From: Opitutia bacterium | GTDB lineage: Bacteria; Verrucomicrobiota; Verrucomicrobiia; Opitutales; T3Sed10-336 | Length of the DNA stretch: 24,008 bases | Direction of reading: 5' to 3' | NCBI GenBank assembly: GCA_050506795.1 | Contig: JBJHCF010000061.1 | Coordinates: forward strand, 1-24,008 | In this document: positions 18,006-24,008 of the stretch, piece after piece | Layout of the letters: every line of letters begins with the position of its first letter | Position numbering within the stretch: the stretch's first letter is position 1 | Position numbers and translations under genes: made by a program | The notes under the pieces: generated by a model | What the model saw: the letters and a program-made list of their open reading frames with translations, nothing else | The model's database searches: none | What the model was told of the DNA's origin: nothing

Positions 18006-20429
18006 ATGTACACGCAGAACGAAAAGCTCTCCACCGCCAATATCACGGACGTCATGCAGACCGCTTACATCGATTATTCGATGTCGGTCATTATCAGCCG
18101 TGCGCTTCCCGATGTCCGCGACGGGTTCAAACCGGTCCAGCGCCGGATCCTGTACGCCATGTTCCGCGAGGGTCTGGCCAGCAACCGGCCGTTCGACAAG
18201 TGCGCCGGGGTGGTGGGAGAGGTACTCAAAAATTACCACCCCCACGGTGACACTTCGGTTTACGACACCCTCGTCCGCATGGCCCAGCCCTGGGTCATGC
18301 GCTACCCGCTGATCGAGCCGCAGGGGAACTTCGGTTCGGTCGACGGCGATCCTCCGGCGGCCTACCGGTACACCGAATGTCGCCTGCAGTCGATCGCCGA
18401 GGACATGCTCCGGAATATCGACGAGGAAACGGTCGATTTCATCGCCAACTACAAGGAAAGCACGACCGAACCTTCGGTCCTCCCGGCCTCCCTGCCCAAT
18501 CTTCTGCTCAACGGTTCCACCGGTATCGCGGTGGGGATGACCACCAACATCCCGCCGCACAACATGGACGAGTTGATCAGCGGAATCGTGGCGCTGATCG
18601 ACAACCCGTCACTGCCGATCGACGAATTGATGCGGCACATTCCCGGTCCCGACTTCCCTTCGGGCGGAGCCGTGGTGGGGCGAAGCGGGATCGACTCCTA
18701 CATGCGCACGGGCCGGGGAATCGTTAAGATCCGCGGCAAAATCCACAGCGAGGAACTCAAGAACGGCAAAGAACAAATCGTCGTCACCGAGATTCCCTAC
18801 AACGTCAACCGGGCGTCGCTGGTCAAAAAAATCGCCGATCTCATTTCCCACAAGATCATCGAGGGCGTGAGCGACCTGCGGGACGAATCCGACGAAAACA
18901 CCCGCATCGTCCTCGAACTCAAACGCGGCGAAGTCCCGCGGGTGATCGTAAACAAACTCTTCAAACACACCGCGCTCGAATCCTCCTTCGGCGTGATTCT
19001 GCTGGCCCTCGACAAACGCCGTCCCAAGCAGATGAACATCAAGGAGATGATCGAATGCTACGTCGAGCATCGCCGGGAGGTCGTGTACCGCCGCACCCAG
19101 TTCCAGCTGCGCAAGGCGGAAGATCGCGCCCACATTCTGGAAGGTTATAAGATCGCGTTGGACAATCTGGACGATTTTGTCCGCATCATCCGCGCCTCCG
19201 CCAATCGTGACGAGGCCCGCGAGCGCCTGATGGCGAAGTACCCCATCACCGAACGCCAGGCCAACGCCATTCTCGACCTCCGCCTTTACCAGCTCACCGG
19301 TCTCGAACGCGAAAAAATCGAAGAGGAATACAATCGCCTCCTGGAGCTCATCGCCGAGCTGAAATCGATTCTCGAGAACGAACAGAAGCTTCTGGACGTC
19401 ATCAAAAAGGAACTGCTGGAACTCAAGGAAAAGTACACCAGCCCCCGCCGCACCGAACTCGTCCCCGAAGAGGGCGAGTTCCGCATGGAGGATGTCATCG
19501 CCAACGAGGGCTGCATCATTACGGTTTCCCACCAGGGTTTCATCAAGCGCACCTCCGTCAGCGCCTACCGCTCGCAGAAACGCGGTGGCAAAGGCATCAT
19601 TGGTTCCGGCTCGTACGACGAAGACTTTGTCGAACACCTTTTCACCGCCAGCACCCACGACTACATCATGTTCTTCATGAACAACGGCCGGGTGTACGTG
19701 GAAAAGGTTTACGAAATTCCCGAAGGCACCCGAACCTCCAAGGGACGCTCCCTGGCAAACGTGCTGTCCCTGCAAAAGGACGAACGGATCGCCACCATGA
19801 TCTGCGTGAAGGAGTTCTCAGAGGACCAGCATCTGGTCATGGCCACCAAACACGGCGTGGTCAAAAAGACCAATCTCAGTGCTTACGTCAATTATCGGCG
19901 GGGCGGAATCATCGGGATCAACATCGATGAAGGCGACAGCCTCATCGCCGTTCGCCTCACCAGCGGCGAAAACGAGGTCGTCATGATCACGCACCTCGGA
20001 ATGTCCATCCGTTTTCACGAAAATGACCTGCGCGATCAGGGACGCGCCACCCGGGGTGTGCGCGGCATCAAGCTGAAGAAGGGCGACTCGGTGGAGATTA
20101 TCGAGGTCGTCAAATCCGACGCCACCCTTCTGATCGCCGGCGAAAACGGCCTCGGCAAACGCACCCAGTTTGAGGAGTACCGCACCCAGTCGCGCGGCGG
20201 CAGCGGTATTATCGCCATTCGCTCCTCCAACGTGGCCGGCGCCCTGAGCGTCAAAGACGACGACGAGATCATGCTCCTCACCTCCAGCGGCCAGACCGTT
20301 CGCTGCCCGGTGAAGGACATCCGCGTCATCGGTCGCACCACCCGCGGCGTGAAACTGGTCAACCTCGGCGACGACGACAAACTGATCGGCATAGCCCGTA
20401 TCGTCGACATCGACGCCGAAGAAGCGTGA
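18006..20429 (+). CDS. gyrA: DNA gyrase subunit A
   Basis: RALPDVRDGFKPVQRR, YHPHGD, AAYRYTE catalytic Tyr, GyrA-box QKRGGKG and C-terminal pinwheel repeats. Confidence 0.98.
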   Translation: MYTQNEKLSTANITDVMQTAYIDYSMSVIISRALPDVRDGFKPVQRRILYAMFREGLASNRPFDKCAGVVGEVLKNYHPHGDTSVYDTLVRMAQPWVMRYPLIEPQGNFGSVDGDPPAAYRYTECRLQSIAEDMLRNIDEETVDFIANYKESTTEPSVLPASLPNLLLNGSTGIAVGMTTNIPPHNMDELISGIVALIDNPSLPIDELMRHIPGPDFPSGGAVVGRSGIDSYMRTGRGIVKIRGKIHSEELKNGKEQIVVTEIPYNVNRASLVKKIADLISHKIIEGVSDLRDESDENTRIVLELKRGEVPRVIVNKLFKHTALESSFGVILLALDKRRPKQMNIKEMIECYVEHRREVVYRRTQFQLRKAEDRAHILEGYKIALDNLDDFVRIIRASANRDEARERLMAKYPITERQANAILDLRLYQLTGLEREKIEEEYNRLLELIAELKSILENEQKLLDVIKKELLELKEKYTSPRRTELVPEEGEFRMEDVIANEGCIITVSHQGFIKRTSVSAYRSQKRGGKGIIGSGSYDEDFVEHLFTASTHDYIMFFMNNGRVYVEKVYEIPEGTRTSKGRSLANVLSLQKDERIATMICVKEFSEDQHLVMATKHGVVKKTNLSAYVNYRRGGIIGINIDEGDSLIAVRLTSGENEVVMITHLGMSIRFHENDLRDQGRATRGVRGIKLKKGDSVEIIEVVKSDATLLIAGENGLGKRTQFEEYRTQSRGGSGIIAIRSSNVAGALSVKDDDEIMLLTSSGQTVRCPVKDIRVIGRTTRGVKLVNLGDDDKLIGIARIVDIDAEEA

Positions 20430-20459
20430 TCCGTTCACCTTACTTCAGGTAAACCCGGA

Positions 20460-20488
20460 GTCCCGGGACCATCTGGTCGCGGGATTTT
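20460..20488 (+). terminator. Possible intrinsic terminator after gyrA
   Basis: gtcccgggacc-atct-ggtcgcgggat imperfect hairpin followed by a short T run. Confidence 0.35.
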
Positions 20489-20519
20489 CCCCGGTAGGCT
20501 TCAACCGCCCCCCTTCGCT

Positions 20520-20557
20520 GCGACAATAAAATTATCAGCTGATAGTTTTATTGTCGC
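20520..20557. repeat. 38-bp near-perfect AT-rich palindrome
   Basis: gcgacaataaaattatcag|ctgatagttttattgtcgc: one mismatched pair, no spacer. Confidence 0.85.
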
Positions 20558-20568
20558 GCCTGCGTTCC

Positions 20569-21234
20569 CTATAACAACCGCTTTTGCCGGAGCGGTTCGC
20601 TCCGGGCGGCGGAACCGGAGCTCATTTCCAGGAGCCAGCGAAGCGAGTGCCGCCGGTAGGCGGGCTCCTTCGCCGGCACCGAGATCAACACCGCGGACGC
20701 CAGCGCGTCGTAGAGGGCGCAGTGGTAGCGGCGGCGATCTTCGGGACAGTACTCCGCCGCCAATTCCTCCAGCCGGTCCCGTTGTCCGAACGCTTCGATC
20801 AGGTCCGCAAGGCCCGCCCCGCTCAGGCCGGAATACAGGTTCGGCAACAGCCGTCCGGTATCGACCCAAGGGCCCCAATCGACCATTCCCGCGGTGCCCC
20901 CGGTGAAGTCCGGCACCGTACCGGGAAACGGCCAAACGGAGCGGATCAGACTGTTTTCCACCGAAGCGAAATGCGCGCCGAAAAAGCCGGTTTTGCGTCG
21001 CCCCAGAAACAAGTCCCACTCGTGCGCGAATGGGGCTTCACCCTTGATGACGGCCGGGCGGATGCCGTGGGTGCGGACGTCCTCTTCACGGATACGGCCG
21101 ATCGGTCCGCAGAGCCGCGTCCGCGTCTCCAGGATCTCCGCTCCCCGCACCGTGACCAGCCCGTATTCCAGGATTCCCGAAGTCTTGTTGCCCTCGAAAT
21201 CGATGATGTGCAGCGTTGCTTCCGTCCAACTCAT
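20569..21234 (-). CDS. DEDDh 3'-5' exonuclease (DnaQ-like)
   Basis: IIDFEG (Exo I), GAHFASVE (Exo II), WVDT and HCALYDA (Exo III) motifs. Confidence 0.85.
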   Translation of the reverse strand: MSWTEATLHIIDFEGNKTSGILEYGLVTVRGAEILETRTRLCGPIGRIREEDVRTHGIRPAVIKGEAPFAHEWDLFLGRRKTGFFGAHFASVENSLIRSVWPFPGTVPDFTGGTAGMVDWGPWVDTGRLLPNLYSGLSGAGLADLIEAFGQRDRLEELAAEYCPEDRRRYHCALYDALASAVLISVPAKEPAYRRHSLRWLLEMSSGSAARSEPLRQKRLL

Positions 21235-21331
21235 CCTTGATGTTCTCTATACCGGAATTCACCCATGGTTCAGGTCAGTTTCCCGGAACCGCGACGGCGT
21301 TTCTACCGTCATCAAGCTATCCACAGCAACC

Positions 21332-22099
21332 ATGCTCTCGGAAAAAATCCAACCATTCATGCACGATCTCGCGCAGCGAAGCGCCAAGGTCATCAAGCCG
21401 TACTTCGCCCATCCGGACCTGGAGGTGGAAACCAAAGCCGACGACACCCCGGTCACCCGCGCTGACCGGGCGGCTGAACGGCTGATGCGGGATCACATCG
21501 AAAAACACTATCCGCAGCACGGCATCATCGGCGAAGAGTTCGGGCAAAAGGATCCGGACGCGGAATTCGTCTGGGTGCTCGATCCCATCGACGGCACCAA
21601 GTCCTTCGCCGCCGGTTGCCCCCTTTTCGGCACCCTGATCGCCCTGCTGCACGACGGTCAGCCCATCGCGGGCACCATTCATCAACCGGTCCTGGACCAG
21701 TTCTGCTTCGGCGACAACAGCACCGCCTCCCTGAACGGCCGTCCGGTAAAAATGCGTTATTGTCCGCACCTCAAGGACGCCATCCTGCTCACCACGGACG
21801 TTCGCAACGTTTACCGGCACCAGAGTGGACCGGCCTTCGAAAATCTGGTCGATTCGACCGGTCTCTTTCGCACCTGGGGCGATTGCTACGGCTACCTTCT
21901 GCTTGCGTCCGGTTGGGCCGACATCATGATCGATCCGATTATGAATCCCTGGGACTACCTGGCCCTGGTCCCGGTCATCCGCGGCGCCGGAGGGGTGATC
22001 ACCAACTGGCAGGGTGGCGATCCGATCGGGGGCGAATCCATCGTCGCCGCCAGCAAGTACATCCACGGCCGCACCATCGAAATCCTGAACGAACACTGA
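21332..22099 (+). CDS. hisN: Inositol monophosphatase family protein, histidinol-phosphatase-like
   Basis: KADDTPVTRAD, IIGEE, WVLDPIDGTKSF, PLFGTLIAL, WGDCYGY and PWDYLAL motifs. Start at ATG 21332. Confidence 0.75.
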   Translation: MLSEKIQPFMHDLAQRSAKVIKPYFAHPDLEVETKADDTPVTRADRAAERLMRDHIEKHYPQHGIIGEEFGQKDPDAEFVWVLDPIDGTKSFAAGCPLFGTLIALLHDGQPIAGTIHQPVLDQFCFGDNSTASLNGRPVKMRYCPHLKDAILLTTDVRNVYRHQSGPAFENLVDSTGLFRTWGDCYGYLLLASGWADIMIDPIMNPWDYLALVPVIRGAGGVITNWQGGDPIGGESIVAASKYIHGRTIEILNEH

Positions 22100-22122
22100 A
22101 AGGCGCCGGCGGAATCCAACCC

Positions 22123-23481
22123 ATGGCTGAACAAGCATCCCGCGAGGCATCGACCGATCCCGCCGACAAGCTGGACCGCCTTTACGCCTTCATCGCCAAC
22201 GAGGAGACCCGGGTCTGCGACGACATCGAAGAGGAAGCCTGCCGCCACGTCCCGGGGAATTTCTTCCGTCAGTTGGCAAGCCTCACCCTGACCAAAACCG
22301 GCGACGCCCTGGTCAACGCCAAAACCGTTCTCGCCTGGCTGCTCGGCACCCTGGGCGCCCCGGTGGGCTTCGTCGCCCTGCTGGTGCCGATCCGTGAATC
22401 GGGCTCCATGCTGCCCCAGCTTTTCATCGCCGGCCCAATCCGCGCATTCGCCCGGCGCAAATGGGTCTGGGTCACCGGATCCGTCCTGCAGGCGGGAGCG
22501 ATCATCGGAATGGCCGCCACCGCCCTGCTGCTTGAGGGTGTGGCCGCCGGCATCGCCCTGATCGGGGCGCTGGTCGTCTTTTCCCTGGCCCGGGGCCTTT
22601 CCTCCATCGCCTCCAAGGACGTGCTGGGCAAAACGGTACCAAAACGGCGCCGGGGCCGTCTCAACGGCCTGGCTTCCACCATCGCCGGCCTGGCGACCAT
22701 TTCCCTCGGCGTGGTGCTCCTGACCCGGCTCGACGAGGAAACCTCTCCCGTATTCTTCGCCTGGATACTGCTGGCGGCGGCCCTGCTGTGGCTGCTGGCC
22801 TCGCTGATCTACGGCACAATCCGGGAGCATCCCCTGAAAGGTTCCAGTGGCGGCGGAACCCTGACCGAAGCGGGCCGCAGCCTCAGGCTGCTCCAAACCG
22901 ACGCGCCTTTGCGCCGGTTCGTCATCGCCCGGGCATTGCTCCTCTGTTCCGCGCTCTCCGCCCCCTACTACGTCCTGCTGGCCCAGCGAACCGAAGGCGT
23001 GACCACCGCCCTGCTGGGCGGATTCGTGCTGGCCGGCGGCCTTGCCTCCAGCCTGAGCGCCTCGGTCTGGGGTTGGCTGGCCGATCGATCCAGCCGTCTG
23101 GTCATGACGGCGGGCGGAGCCATTACCGCCGCCACAGGAGTTACGGTTTTCCTGGTGGACCGGATGGCGCCGGAAGCCGCCGCCGTGGCCTGGTTTTTCG
23201 CCGCCGCCTACTTTTTTCTGAACATCGCCCACAGCGGGGTCCGGCTCGGACGAAAAACGTTCCTGGTCGACCTGGCCGCGGGCGACAAACGCACCCAATA
23301 CGTCGCGGTCAGCAACAGCGCCATCGGCCTGATCCTGCTGGTCATCGGAGTAACCGGCGCCCTCATTCCCAGCCCGTCGCCCGCCTGGAACGTGCTGGCG
23401 CTGTCCCTGGCGGGACTGCTCGGAGCCCTTCTTTCCCATCGCCTTCCCGAAGTCACGGCACAAAAAAGCGGTGATTCCTGA
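22123..23481 (+). CDS. MFS transporter
   Basis: About 12 hydrophobic helices, KDVLGKTVPKRRRGR loop and WGWLADRSSR MFS motif. Start at ATG 22123. Confidence 0.85.
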   Translation: MAEQASREASTDPADKLDRLYAFIANEETRVCDDIEEEACRHVPGNFFRQLASLTLTKTGDALVNAKTVLAWLLGTLGAPVGFVALLVPIRESGSMLPQLFIAGPIRAFARRKWVWVTGSVLQAGAIIGMAATALLLEGVAAGIALIGALVVFSLARGLSSIASKDVLGKTVPKRRRGRLNGLASTIAGLATISLGVVLLTRLDEETSPVFFAWILLAAALLWLLASLIYGTIREHPLKGSSGGGTLTEAGRSLRLLQTDAPLRRFVIARALLLCSALSAPYYVLLAQRTEGVTTALLGGFVLAGGLASSLSASVWGWLADRSSRLVMTAGGAITAATGVTVFLVDRMAPEAAAVAWFFAAAYFFLNIAHSGVRLGRKTFLVDLAAGDKRTQYVAVSNSAIGLILLVIGVTGALIPSPSPAWNVLALSLAGLLGALLSHRLPEVTAQKSGDS

Positions 23482-23491
23482 AAATCACCGC
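23462..23491 (-). terminator. Intrinsic terminator downstream of tRNA-Arg (possibly bidirectional)
   Basis: gcggtgatt-cctgaa-aatcaccgc 9-bp stem preceded by A6 on the + strand, i.e. a U-tract on the - strand. Confidence 0.7.
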
Positions 23492-23507
23492 CTCAAAGCA
23501 TCCGTTG

Positions 23508-23582
23508 TGGTACACCCATCGGGAGTCGAACCCAAATCTTCGGCTCCGGAGGCCGATGTTCTATCCATTGAACTATGGGTGC
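23508..23582 (-). tRNA. tRNA-Arg (CCG)
   Basis: Reverse complement GCACCCA-TAGTTCAATGGATAGAAC-ATCGGC-CTCCGGA-GCCGA-...GGTTCGACTCC...TGGGTGT-ACCA folds as a cloverleaf; anticodon CCG; CCA encoded. Confidence 0.97.
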
Positions 23583-23685
23583 CTATAGATAGAGCCCTAA
23601 GTTAGGCGATTCGCCCGACGGCTGGCGATAAAAAAATCGCCGCCGTGCAGAATGGCGCTTGGAAAAGGTGGCGGATTGAAGTCGT

Positions 23686-23911
23686 CTAACCGGAACGGCA
23701 CTCGGTTCAGGCGGTGGATCGAAGGAGCATAGCTGAATTGCATCGGCCGTTCCCCTGGAGGGCCATGCTCCGCCATGGCCGCCGGCTTGGGAGCGCGGGT
23801 ATCTTGCCCGCACCGGCGGCGCGGGGGCGCAGCCCTCCAGGAAGCAGAGGCGCGATTCCGATTCGGTTTCTCAAGCGATCAACCGCCTAAGTCGAGTGCC
23901 ATTCAGGCTAG
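23686..23911. mobile_element. Putative MITE (~225 bp); copy 2
   Basis: Terminal inverted repeats ctaaccggaacggcactcgg / tcgagtgccattcaggctag; collinear with 9568-9792. An extra partial left end lies at 23650-23681. Confidence 0.78.
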
Positions 23912-24008
23912 CCCGACTTTCGAAACTGGAGCCTATGATGGTCCGCCAGGGCGCTTCCGTGCGTAGGGCGGGGCCAAAGGTCTTCACTACAGACGTTGAT
24001 CCGACAGC

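Noticed and set aside
21955..23463. 502-aa antisense ORF, and the 621-aa and 401-aa extended versions of the MFS and hisN ORFs
   Set aside because: The antisense ORF shadows the MFS gene. The N-terminal extensions overlap neighbouring real genes; better starts are at 21332 and 22123.
23508..23582. tRNA-Arg as an island integration site
   Set aside because: No duplicated tRNA 3' fragment or integrase was seen; the gene downstream is an ordinary MFS transporter.
23909..24008. Possible 3' end of a minus-strand gene stopping at the MITE boundary (TAG)
   Set aside because: Only ~30 codons are visible and no motif is recognisable.

Overview
A GC-rich bacterial chromosome segment, probably Verrucomicrobiota/Opitutae (inferred from the GyrA/GyrB style and Shine-Dalgarno-poor starts; not verified). 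The left ~15 kb is a minus-strand surface-polysaccharide region. In transcription order it holds an Rrf2/CymR-like and a GbsR/MarR-like regulator, two paralogous membrane proteins, cysQ, a plant-type glucuronokinase homolog, a GalU-like uridylyltransferase, uxs, gmd, fcl, a broken WbpA/TviB-type dehydrogenase, a Wzx-like flippase and a SAM methyltransferase. The right end of an IS630-type transposase lies at the window edge. The right ~9 kb is housekeeping: gyrB, gyrA, a DEDDh exonuclease, a HisN-like phosphatase, an MFS transporter and tRNA-Arg(CCG). Two things stand out. (1) Three small nuclease/toxin-antitoxin modules (MNT-HEPN, GxxExxY, DUF4160-DUF2442) sit between the sugar genes, each bracketed by palindromic elements built of 9-nt periodic repeats, mixed with heptamer arrays and REP-like hairpins; this looks like a cassette system with no recombinase in view. 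(2) A glucuronokinase-uridylyltransferase-UXS trio could form a plant-like GlcA salvage route to UDP-xylose. All calls come from reading motifs by eye; no database searches were run.
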